Assembly (NCBI GenBank): GCA_951406725.2 | Contig: OX597828.1 | Span: forward strand, 20,708,001 to 20,772,000 | Length of the DNA: 64,000 nt | Direction: 5' to 3' | Origin: Octopus vulgaris | Taxonomy: Eukaryota | Shown here: positions 41,829-54,060 of the stretch, one piece after another | Position numbering within the stretch: position 1 is the first letter of the stretch | How the letters are laid out: the number at the start of each line of letters is the position of its first letter | Position numbers and translations under genes: made by a program | The notes under the pieces: model-generated | Seen by the model: the letters and a program-made list of their open reading frames with translations, nothing else | Database searches by the model: none | What the model was told of the DNA's origin: nothing

Positions 41829-42577
41829 TGGCAAGCGTTATAAAGGTGTAATTTCAGGTATGGTGGTCGGAGTAAAAGTTATACATGTCTAGTAGTAGCT
41901 ACCAATATACTGGTACATACTGAAGTGCCATGATAGCTGTAGATATGTGTGTAGATATAGAAGTGTGGTGAAAGTTGTAGATGTATGAGAGCATGTGGCG
42001 TAGTGGTTAGGGTATTTGGCACGCGATTATAGGGGTCGTGAGTTCGATTCCTAGAGGTGCACTGTATTCTTGGGCAAGACACTTTATTTCACGCTGTTCC
42101 AGTGCACTCAGCTAGCAAAAATGAGTTGTACCCTGTAATTCAAGTGAGCCAGCCTGGTCAAACTCCGTGTCTTGCTGAACCTCCCTGAGGAGAATGTTAG
42201 GAGTACGTATGTCTGTGGAGTACTCAGCCACTTGCACATTAATTTCACAAGTTGACCTGTAGTGGATTGCCAGTTAGTCATAGATGTCCAGAGGTGGCTG
42301 AACAGATGCAATGAGAATTATGGATGTCAAAAGAAAAAAACTGATGATGATGATGATGAACCACTTACACTAAGATTTTTTAAAACTTAAAATGCAGAGG
42401 GATAAGTCTGGAATACCATGAGGCACTTAATCTAGTGCACTACCATTTCTGCAAACTAGACTCACCAATCAGATATCAGTCTTGTGCAAAGTGCTAGAAA
42501 TAACAGCAAAATCTCAAATCTCTCATTAGGTTTATCTTGAGGCAAAGTAATAACCACTGATTGAGAGTTGAAGTATA

Positions 42578-42930
42578 CGTGGCTGTGTAGTAAGAAATTT
42601 GCTTCTCAACCACATAGTTCTGGGTTCAGTCCTACTGCATAGAACCCTTGGGCAAGTGTCTTCTACTATAGCTTCAGGTTTTCCAAAGTCTTGTGAGTGG
42701 TTATAATCGATGGAAACTGAAAGAAACCTATCATCTGTGTGGGGGGTGTCTTTACCCCTCATCCACTGCTTGACAACCAATGTTGGTGTGTATATGTCCC
42801 CATAACTTAGCAGTTCAGCAAAAGAGACCAAAAGAATAAGTAGCAGGCTTGAAAAACAAAATTAAGTACTGGCATCAGTCTGTTCAACTAAAATTCTTCA
42901 AGGCAGTGCCCCAGCATGGCCACAGTCTGA
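42578..42930 (+). mobile_element. SINE family B
   Basis: Same consensus, diverged. Confidence 0.75.
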
Positions 42931-44472
42931 CAGAAAGAGCCAAATCTCTTGAAAATCGTATTCAATGGCTTAAAAATAATGAAAAACCATATCAGAAACC
43001 ATAGGGTGAGCCACATGAGAGCTGACGAAAAGATGTCGTTGATCAGAGATTTGCTGGATCAGAGATTCAGCTGTGTCGTTAAACAACAAATACTATTAAT
43101 TATTATAACTTTAACTTAATTGCAAACCCAGATTCTTAATTAATTAAAGAACAAATTAATATATTAATTGTTTCTGTGGATATTGAACCAGTTAACGAAC
43201 AAAAACAAAAATGTGAGATATTTCCAGATTATAATTAAACCAGAAAAAAAATTACAGAATGTGAACTAACGAGAGAACCATTAATCAATCAATCCACCTC
43301 TAAAAGACATATTTGTTACAAACAGATGTGGTTGAATGGTTAAGAAGCTTGGTTTGCAATCATGAAGCTCGGGGTTCAATCCCACAACAAGGCATTTTCA
43401 GCAAGCATTTTTCACCTTGAATTGATCCAAGTGACAGTGTGAAAAGGGAAACTGTGATGAAGCTTCCTCCTCGTTATCATCATCATTTAATGTCTATTCT
43501 CCATGCTAGCATGGGTTGGATGGTATGACAAGATGTGGTCAGCTGAAGAGCTGCCCAGGTTCTGAACAAATTATGCCTGTAATTCAAAGAGCCAGTCTTG
43601 ACACACACACATACACATGGTGCCATGCTGACAGTTTGCCTGAGGATTATGCAAAAGGTACAGGAGCCTGTTGAATAGTCAACCAGTCATCATACAGTAA
43701 CAGTTCTTAATTCCACATGAAGAATTCATGAGTGGAGGCACATGGTTTAGTGGTTAGGGTATTGGGCTCATAAGATTGTGGTTTCAATTCCTGGACGGGG
43801 CAATGTGTTGTGTTCCTGAGCAAAACACTTCATTTCACATCGTTCCAGTCCACCAAGCTGGCAAAAGTGAGTAACCCTGTGATGGACTGGCATCCTATCC
43901 AGGTGGGGGATGTATATGCCATGAAACCAGGAAATCAGCCCTTATGAGTCAGCATGACTCAAGAAGCTAACTTTACATACTTTTTTTTAAAATTTTTTTA
44001 CCAAGAAAGCCTCATGATAGCAAAGGAGAATGGGCACCTGCCAGCCCGCCTAAAAGTTGGGGTGGGCTGCACCTGCCCACCTCAAAAAGGAAGGTGCAAA
44101 CAGGATGCCCGAAACCAGGTAAGATGGTGAGAGGATGGTTGCTATTGCATTGAGGTAGATCCGGCCAGCTCTGTTAACGGGGACAAAACCCGAACTTAAA
44201 ATACTGAATGATGATGATGATGATGACTGATGACCAAGAATTCATTTAAATACAGGAAAGCAACATAAGGTAAAAAGCAGCCTGGAGCAAACTGTGGCCT
44301 GTGGCAATTTCTGAATGAAATGCCTAGCAAAAAAATTTATTTGAGTTTTTTTTTTAGTGATGTGACCTGCTTGATGATGAGCCCATGTCTCATGCGGCCC
44401 ACTTCTCAAGAATTGTTGCCTGAACTGGGAATAAAGCAAACGCCAGATGTCTTTATTTTTATTAAGGTACAC

Positions 44473-44885
44473 GTATGGCTGTGTGGTACAGAAGCTTGCT
44501 TCACTGCCACCCATTTATGAGTTCAGTCCCACTGCGTGGCACCATGAGCAAGTGTTTTCTATTATAGCAGCAGGCTAACCAAAGCCTTGCGAGTTGGATT
44601 TGGTAGATGGAAACTGAAGGAAGCCCATCGTATGTGTGTGTGTGGGACGGGTGATTGTGTGTTACTGCCTCCTTGTCTTGACAGCACGCAACAGTTGTAA
44701 ACGAGTATCACTGTCATGCAAGTAGGGTCCTTAGATTTCCAGTCTTCCGAGAAATGTCTGGTCTTGAGAAATATCATCTTACTTTGAACCAGGTGAGGGT
44801 TGGCAACAAGAAGGACATCAAGCTGCAGAAAATCTGCTTCAACGAATTCTATCCAATACATGCAAGCATGGAGAAGTAGACATCA
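44473..44885 (+). mobile_element. SINE family B variant with a different 3' tail ending in (GAT)n
   Basis: Family B head; tail gttggcaacaagaaggacatcaagctg...gcaagcatggagaagtagacatc then (GAT)n. Confidence 0.7.
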
Positions 44886-44954
44886 TGATGAACATAATGC
44901 TGACTGTGATAATGATGTTGATTGTGATGATGATGATGGTGGTGGTGGTGGTGG

Positions 44955-45018
<64 letters not shown>

Positions 45019-45225
45019 CTCCCCTTTACAGGTCAGTAAAGAAATATATAATAAAAGGTACAGCCAGCCATCACTTAAGAGCAAATATAACTAAGAGACG
45101 GAGAGAGAGAAAGAGGGGAGAGGAGAAGGGCGGGAGAGAGTGGAGGGAGAGGGAAACAGACCGATACAGAGAGAGAAACAGAGAAAGAGAGAAATAGAGA
45201 GAGAGAAACTGGGAGAGAAAGAAAC

Positions 45226-45256
<31 letters not shown>

Positions 45257-45845
45257 TAGAAGCAGAGAGGGAGAAAGGGAGAAAGGAGAGCATCAGTACC
45301 AAACTGGACCTCATTATAGCTGACCAGGCTGGAGCAATGATAAGTGAAATGCCTTGCTCAAGGATACAATATGGTACCTGCCCCAGGAATTGCCCGCACA
45401 CTTATGACCATGAGCCAAACTCCCTAATCACTAAGCCATACACCTTTAAATTGCCAGGTACGATAACAAAAGAGACCTGACTGCTATTTCCAGCAAATGG
45501 AGTGACCACATATAAAGGCTCCATATGTGTGTGTGACAGGTTGGAATATCAAAAACAAAAAAAAATACATTCCAAGTGAGAGACGCTAATTAAAAGCAAG
45601 CTCTGAGTGTAATAATAATTAGCAAAAGAAGGCAGCCATCAACGCAGAATAAATTACATACCAAAGTTTTGTCGTTAGTTTTAGTTAAGTGTATATTCAT
45701 AATTAACTTTAAAGACTTGTTAATTAGAAACTAATAGAAATATTTATTGTACATCAGTTAAGATATTTTTTTACTTCTGAATTTTAACCTATTTGATTAG
45801 TTTTACAGAGAAGAACTTATATAGAAGGTTCCAGTTAATCTAAAC

Positions 45846-47339
45846 CAGGCCTGGCCAACTCGAATTACATTGCAGGCCACTTTAATCAGAGAAAGTTTTT
45901 TGAGGGCCGCTTGTATACTTTATGAAACTAAATTACAGAATCAAGAATTTTTCATACTTTTCATTTGTTTAACCCTTTCATTACCAACCCGGCTGAAACT
46001 GCCTCTGGCCCTGTAGTACAAATGTCTTGTTTTCATAAGTTTTGAATTAAAATCTTCCACCAAACCTTAGTCACAATTTATGTTCCTAACACTAGCTTAA
46101 AGATAATGAACTTATTTTACTAAATTCTATGTTATACTTAAAATTAAATATAAAATTAAAGAAACACAGAGCATCTCAACAGAAATATGGTAACAAAAGG
46201 GTTAGCGAATGATTAATTTAACCCTTCTGATATCAGCCTGGCTGAAACTGGCTCTGGCTCTGAGTGCAAATGTTTTGTTTTAATAAATCTTGAATTGAAA
46301 TCTTCCATCAAACCTTAGTCACAATTTATTTTCCTGACACTAGCTGAATGGTAACTAAGTTATTTTACTAAATTCTTTGTTATATTTAAAATTAAGTGAA
46401 AGAAACACAGAGCCTCTCAACAGAAATATGGTAACAAAAGGGTTAGTAAATAATTAATTTAACCCTTTCGATACCAACCCGGCTGAAACTGCCTCTGGCT
46501 CTGAGTACAAATGTCTTGTTTCATAAGTGTTGAATTAAAATCTTCCACCAAACCTTAGTCACAATTTATGTTCCTAACACTAGCTTAAAGATAATGAACT
46601 TATTTTACTAAATTCTATGTTATACTTAAAATTAAATATAAAATTAAAGAAACACAGAGCATCTCAACAGAAATATGGTAACAAAAGGGTTAGCGAATGA
46701 TTAATTTAACCCTTCTGATATCAGCCTGGCTGAAACTGGCTCTGGCTCTGAGTGCAAATGTTTTGTTTTAATAAATCTTGAATTGAAATCTTCCATCAAA
46801 CCTTAGTCACAATTTATTTTCCTGACACTAGCTGAATGGTAACTAAGTTATTTTACTAAATTCTTTGTTATATTTAAAATTAAGTGAAAGAAACACAGAG
46901 CCTCTCAACAGAAATATGGTAACAAAAGGGTTAGTAAATAATTAATTTAACCCTTTCGATACCAACCCGGCTGAAACTGCCTCTGGCTCTGAGTACAAAT
47001 GTCTTGTTTCATAAGTGTTGAATTAAAATCTTCCACCAAACCTTAGTCACAATTTATGTTCCTAACACTAGCTGAATGATAACTAAGTTATTTTACTAAT
47101 TTTTTTGTTATATTTAAAGTAATTGAAAGAAATACAGAGCATCTCAAAATAAATACAGTAATGAAAGGGTTAAAATTATAAAATTGTAGGTTATTGTTTT
47201 AATGTCACTTATGAATTTTAAATTTATTTTGAATCAAATGTTTTACACAAACAATTTTATTTTGAAAATAAACACACTACTTCAAGAAAGTATCAAGTGG
47301 GCCATATGCAACCTGCAGGTCTCAGGTTGGTCAGCCCTG
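45846..47339. mobile_element. Non-autonomous hAT (Charlie-like) element
   Basis: TIRs CAGGCCTGGCCAAC / GTTGGTCAGCCCTG; perfect 8-bp TSD ATCTAAAC at 45838-45845 and 47340-47347. Confidence 0.85.
45973..47169. repeat. Tandem array of five piggyBac-like MITE units (~220-230 nt plus 20-nt spacers)
   Basis: Units start at 45973, 46222, 46463, 46710 and 46951, each TTAA-CCCTT...AAAGGG-TTA(G/A); A/B alternation with a 488-nt period. Confidence 0.85.
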
Positions 47340-48265
47340 ATCTAAACATTTCCTTAAAAGTGTATGTGTGTGAATGTGTGTGAACATATGACATATGTAC
47401 ATGTGTGAATGTGGCACTATGTATGTATGTATGTGCATATGTGTGCACATGTTTGTATGTATATTGTTTGTTTGTATATGAATGAGTTGTGTATGTATCT
47501 GATAGTCTTTGTGTCTGTGTGCATATCTGTGTGTGTGTGTATATCTAACTGTGCATGAGTGTTAGATATGGATGTGTGTCAAATTGTGTACATGTATGAG
47601 TGCCTGTGTGTGTGTGTGTGTTCATGAAGCTGTGAAAGTGGCTAATATAACTAGAAAGTCCTTAAGGCTAGACATGGTCGAAAGCTTTACAGCTGTCAAG
47701 TAATACAACATTGCTTTGAACCAAACATTATCAAAGAGAAAGAGAGAAAGAATGAGGATTGAAGGAGGTGTTTGTATGCAATTGTTTCCAATACCATTTG
47801 AAGTTGTTGCAGCGTAGTTTCAGAACACCTGCTCCAGAAGACCTTGTGATCAAAGACATTCCAGAAGTGACCATCCATTGTTTTTCTTATATGTAGGGAA
47901 AGCTAAGACTACATTATTCAACATGTCTCTTTTTTTTATTTTTTTTAACCTAAGTTGGTGAAGCATGATTCGAGGGAGATCTGGCTGCTATTCCTAGCAG
48001 CATAGAGGCTCTCTCTCTCTCATCAGCTTGATATATTGGAAGTGAAACTGAGAGGGAAACAAGACGGAAGAATCAGAGAGGTTAGACTTAGTGAGCGAAA
48101 GGGACATACTTCAACCAAAGGTCTCCCTAGAACGGAATGCAGATACCAGGAGGAGGAGGAGGAGGACTAAAGTGTTTTGGTAAAGATGGGAGTTAATGAA
48201 GGCCTGGTCAGAATAATAATGTGAAAGTTTGATGAGGATATATACATATGCATACACTGGAAAGC

Positions 48266-48300
<35 letters not shown>

Positions 48301-48483
48301 TATACACATAAACACAGAGTTAACACTCATATATAACCATACACAAGATCTACACTTCATACATACATACATACAGAGAGAGGGGGAGAAAGAGAGAAGG
48401 GTGAGCAGACAGACAGAGATAATACAAATGTATTTAACCATATACATTGAACTACAGACACAAATATATATATATATATATAT

Positions 48484-48673
48484 GTAGGTCCCGGGTTGAT
48501 TCGGGGTTAACCACAGTAAGTAAGGTACTCAATACATAGCAGAGTAAAATTAATTTATTATATAGAAGGAGCTTCTACAGGACTAGTACTGTTTCATTCA
48601 AGAGAAATCTTCAGCTTCCTGAAGATTTCTCTTGAATGAAACAGTACTAGTCCTGTAGAAGCTCCTTCTATAT

Positions 48674-48678
<5 letters not shown>
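48484..48678. mobile_element. Fold-back element in (TA)n carrying a hammerhead
   Basis: 60-nt perfect inverted arms 48555-48614 / 48619-48678 around a CTTC loop, plus a ~70-nt unique left extension; flanked by (TA)n. Confidence 0.7.
48613..48663 (+). ncRNA. Minimal type I hammerhead ribozyme
   Basis: AGCUUC-CUGAAGA(48619-25)-UUUC UCUU GAAU-GAAA(48638-41)-CAG[UACUAGUC]CUG-UA^(48657)-GAAGCU. 6-bp stem I and palindromic ACUAGU in loop 3, but the stem II closing pair is U.U (non-canonical). Confidence 0.7.
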
Positions 48679-48742
<64 letters not shown>

Positions 48743-48755
48743 CATGCATACATGC

Positions 48756-48788
<33 letters not shown>

Positions 48789-48796
48789 AACATACA

Positions 48797-48832
<36 letters not shown>

Positions 48833-48841
48833 CATACATGC

Positions 48842-48874
<33 letters not shown>

Positions 48875-48885
48875 AACATACATGC

Positions 48886-48918
<33 letters not shown>

Positions 48919-48974
48919 AACATACATGCATATATATATATACATAATATATATATATATATATATATACATGC

Positions 48975-49007
<33 letters not shown>

Positions 49008-49697
49008 CATGCATATATATATACATATATATATATATATACACACACACACATATATATATAATATATACACACATATACACACACACGCATGTGCACG
49101 CGCACACACACACACACACACACACACAAGAATACTACATGAGCTCCTACTTCGCTAAAGATAGTAGTCAAAATACTTCTGTGCCATTGAAGAAACACAA
49201 AATTAAAGCAGGCTGGCTTATGTTCACTACCACCAGTGATGGTATTTTAAAAAATAACATCGCTCTCATATTTACTTATATATATATATACACATAAATA
49301 TACACATACCTACAGAGTATAAATAGCTAGTCATATATATATATACATAACCATATACACAGATATCTATGCGTCATCGTATACATGTATCTGTACACAT
49401 ATAGACACATATATACCTACCTACCTTAAATACACAGAGGACGACGACAACGTCACGATGTATTTGCCAGTCATAGTTGAAGAAGTGACAATGAGTGTAA
49501 TAAAAGGGGTTTCGTGAAACAAACAAACAAACAATGAAAATAAAGAAATAAAATCATCTGAAAATGGAAAACAAATGAAACAATACCAGAATGTAAAAAA
49601 AAAATTTTTAAATTAAAAAAAAAGGATGAAACAACAAAACAAAATAAACAAATGAAAGAAAAAACAAAATAATGAAAGCAATAAACATATAGTAAAC

Positions 49698-49729
<32 letters not shown>

Positions 49730-49803
49730 TAATGGTTTCAAATTTTGACACAATGCCAGCAATGTTACCATCGGTTTCACATGGACTATTACACTTCACA
49801 ATA

Positions 49804-50476
49804 TTCTTTTCTGTTCTAGGCACAAGGCCCGAAATCTTTGGGGAGGGGGGCCAGTCGATTAGATCAACCCTAGTACTGAACTAGGACTTAATTTACCAAG
49901 CCCAAAAGGATGAAAGGCAAAGTCAACCTCGGCAGAATTTGAACTCAGAATGTACGAATGATTCTGTCAGCTTGCTACCTTAATAATTATAATCCTTTCT
50001 ACTTTAGGCACAAGGAGTGAAATTGGTGGGGGAGGGCTACTCAATTACATCAACTCCAGTAATCAATGGGTACTTGTTTTATTGACCCCGAAAGAATGAA
50101 TAAAGGTAAAGTCGACTTTGGCAGAATTTGAACTCAGAACCTAAAGATAGACAAAATAGTGCTAAACATTTTGCCAAGCATGCTAACAACTCTGCCAGCT
50201 CGCTACCTTAATAATAATGATGGCGATGGTGGTGGTGGTGGTGATGATGTTGGTGGTGGTGGCGGTGATGATGATGATGAGGGTTTTAAATTTTGGCAAA
50301 AGACCAGCAATTTCGGGAGAGTGGGGTTAAGCTGATTACATCAACCCCAGAGCTCAACCCTGAAAGGATAACAGGCAAAGTCGACCTCAGCGCAACTTGA
50401 ACTCAGAACGTAAGGATGGATGAAATGCCGCTAAGCATTTCACCCAGTGTGCCAACGATTTTGCCAGCTCGCTGCC

Positions 50477-50517
<41 letters not shown>

Positions 50518-50739
50518 CCTTTCTACTAAAGGCATGAGGCCTGAAATTTCAGGGAAGAGAGTAAGTCGATTACATCGACCCCAGTGTATAACTGGTGCTT
50601 AATTTATCGACCCCCAAAAGGACAAAAGGCAAAGTTGACTTCGGCAGAATCTGAACAAAGAATGTGAACACAGATGAAATGCCACAAAGCATTTCAACCG
50701 GCATGCTAACAATTTTGCCAGCTCACCACCTTAATAATG

Positions 50740-50783
<44 letters not shown>

Positions 50784-50998
50784 CTTTTCTATCATAGGCA
50801 CAAGGCCTGAAATTTTGGGGGAGAGGGTAGGTCAATTACATTAACCCCAGTGTTTCATTGGTACTTAATTTATTGACCCTGAAAGGATGAAAGGCAAAGT
50901 TGACCTTGGTGGAATTTGAACTCAGAACATAGCAAACAAGTGAAATAGCACTAAGTATTTCATCCAGTGTGCTAACGACTCTGCCAGCTCACCTCCTT
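49804..50998 (-). mobile_element. Five family A SINEs head-to-tail
   Basis: Copies near 49804, 49993, 50282, 50517 and 50783 separated by (AAT)n or (GGT/GAT)n. Confidence 0.85.
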
Positions 50999-51007
50999 AA
51001 TAATAAC

Positions 51008-51067
<60 letters not shown>

Positions 51068-51489
51068 TAGATAAATTCAAGATTTAAGCATACAACTTCG
51101 TTAAAGTTAGTTATAATATGAAATAATAGATACAAGAGGTTGGGGTGGAGTTCAATAGAAAAAAAGCTTAATTAAATAACTACTTAATCAATAAACAATT
51201 CAGTTGCTTATTATCTCTGAATAGTTTTGGTTTACCAACGTTTATGATTTTGAGTTTTTTGCAGTTAATTAACAACAGACGTTATCAACATACCTTGGGA
51301 TTACAATGAACTTCTTTTTTTTACTTTTATTAAAAGCAAAATATCTCATTTAATTGCATTCCACAACATATTATACATTTATACAGATATGTATACAAAT
51401 ATATATATAAATATATATACATATATATACACATACATGCATATATACATAAGTACATAGATTATACATATATATATATACTTACATAT

Positions 51490-51532
<43 letters not shown>

Positions 51533-51972
51533 ACATATATATATATACATATGCATACATATACATATATACATATGCATACATATACATATATATATGT
51601 ATATATATATACATATGTATATACATATGCATACATATACATATATATATGTATATATATATATATACATATATATATGTATATATATATATGTATATAT
51701 ATATACATATGTATATACATATGTATATATGTATATATATATACATATGTATATACATATATATATATGTATATATATATACATATGTATATACATATAT
51801 ATATATGTATATATATACATATGTATATACATATATATATATGTATATATATACATATGTATATACATATATATATATATATGTATATATATATACATAT
51901 GTATATACATATACATATATATATATATGTATATATATATACATATGTATATACATATACATATGTATATAC

Positions 51973-52026
<54 letters not shown>

Positions 52027-52114
52027 GTATATACATTTATATATATATATATACACATGTATATATATATATATATATACATATGTATATACATTTATGT
52101 ATATATATATACAC

Positions 52115-52203
<89 letters not shown>

Positions 52204-52749
52204 CGTACAATGCAGCAATGGAATGCAAATAACATAGGATTCTTGTATGTGGAGACAAACTTCATCTCTGGAATGCAATTAATATGCAATTCCTTGCGTG
52301 CATGTGTGTGTGTATGTGTGATCAGCACCATTTTGACAGCTGGTTTTCAAAGCTTGTGTTGACAGGATGTGTCCTTTTCCAGCACAGTATTTGGCCTCCT
52401 GTAGAGTTTCCTTGTTTTCTTTTTAGAAATTTCGGCCTCAGAGAAAGGATCTCTTTGTTGCCAGCACAAGAACAAGACCCTTCAATTTTTTCCTACCCAT
52501 ATCTTTCTTTCTCCAGCTGTCAAAGGGCATGCTCAGCCACTGCTAATTTGGTAATCTAGCTATCAACAGAAGCTATCAGCTACTTCTATGGAGTCTTCTA
52601 AGTAGCAGAAAAAATGTATTTCACCGGTACAGCCATGGTTGTGTGGCTGTGACATTTGCTTCCCAAACACATGGGCACAAGGTCTTGGATTCAACCTCAC
52701 TGCTTGGCACCTTGGGAAAGTGTATTCTACTATAGGCCAGGGCTGACTC

Positions 52750-53148
52750 AGATTGTAAAGACAGGGGAAATACTGCTAAGCATTTTATCCAGCATGCTAA
52801 CAATTTTGCCAGCTTGCCACCTTTAATAATAATAATAATAATAATGATGATAATAATAATGGTTTCAAATTTTGCCACAAGGGCAGCAATCTTGTGGGAG
52901 GAGATAAGTCGATTACATCAACCCCAGTGTTCAACTGGTACTTATTTTATCGACCCTGAAAGGATGAAAGGCAAAGTCAGTCTCAGCGGAATTTGAACTC
53001 AGAACATAGTGGCAGAGGAAATACTGCTAAGCATTTCGTCCAGCATTCTAATGATTCTGCCAGCTTGCCACCTTAAACGTAAAGACAGACAAAATTCCCA
53101 TGAAGCATTTTGCCTGGTGTGCTAACAATTCTGACAGCTTGCCACTTT
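52750..53148 (-). mobile_element. Family A SINE copies and fragments
   Basis: Same consensus; duplicated head fragments. Confidence 0.75.
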
Positions 53149-53150
53149 TG

Positions 53151-53199
<49 letters not shown>

Positions 53200-53354
53200 T
53201 AATAATAATAATAATAATAATAACACATTTATGACAACACCAAGATCAACATGCCATTTTTGTTTGAGAGCATGAGACTCAGGAAGGTATATCTATGAAG
53301 TGGGCAACAAGATGAGTCAAAGATATATCAATTTGATATCTCAAACTAGAATGC

Positions 53355-54060
53355 TGAATTAGCCCAGTACAAGATGTCCAACCAGTCAGTTTACCCAGGA
53401 CAAAATATCAGATAAGTTAACCCAGTACAAGGTGTGAAATGAATTAACCCAGTAAAAAGATGTCAACTAAAATCAATTCAGTACAAGACATCAAGTCAGT
53501 TATCCCAATATGTCGATTCAGTCAGGTTAACCCAGTATAAGATGTCACATCAATTGACCCAGTACAAGATGTCACATTTGTTAACTGAGGACAAGTCAAA
53601 ACAGTCAGTTCAGGTAAATATAAGATGCTAATTAACCTTGTAACGAATGTCAAGATAATTAGTGAACCCATAGCAAGAAAACAAAGTCATCACACAAAAT
53701 ACCCAATTCAAAATTTACCCAAGTACAAAATGAAAGGCGAGCTGTAACCCAGAATAACATGCTAAAGAAATTAGCTAATCTGTTGTAACATGCCACAGCA
53801 GTTAGTAAACTCAATAGAAAATATCAAGATGGTTAGCTACCCTAAAGCAAAACACTTCGGTAATTAACCAATCCAGCATAAAACATCACAGTGGTTAGTT
53901 AACTGAATACAAGATGCTAGAGAAGTTAATTAACCAAGTACATAAAATACCACATTGAGGAGGGTAATCCAGTACAAAATACCAAAGTGGTTAGTTAAGC
54001 CAGTACTAAACACACAGGGGTTAGTTAACATAGTGCAAAATACAAAACCAGTAAGCTGGT
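53355..54060. repeat. Degenerate ~30-nt minisatellite (ttaacccagtacaagatgtc core)
   Basis: Recurring acccagtacaag / gttaacccag motifs. Confidence 0.7.

Noticed and set aside
45973-47169. CRISPR-like repeat-spacer appearance
   Set aside because: Units are ~225-nt MITEs with recurring spacers, the context is eukaryotic, and there are no cas genes.
48110-48126. 17-nt exon-like island
   Set aside because: Frame-shifting, and the pyrimidine tract is a (TCC)n microsatellite; no further support.
51294-51323. 30-nt exon-like island with a gtatgt donor
   Set aside because: Poor A-rich acceptor and a stop codon in the required phase.
52400-52560. Minus-strand 'AVAEHAL' resembling the Penelope GIY-YIG 'SAVAEH' motif
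   Set aside because: Immediately followed by stops with no other clear motif. A TBLASTN/HMM search against PLE proteins would be needed.
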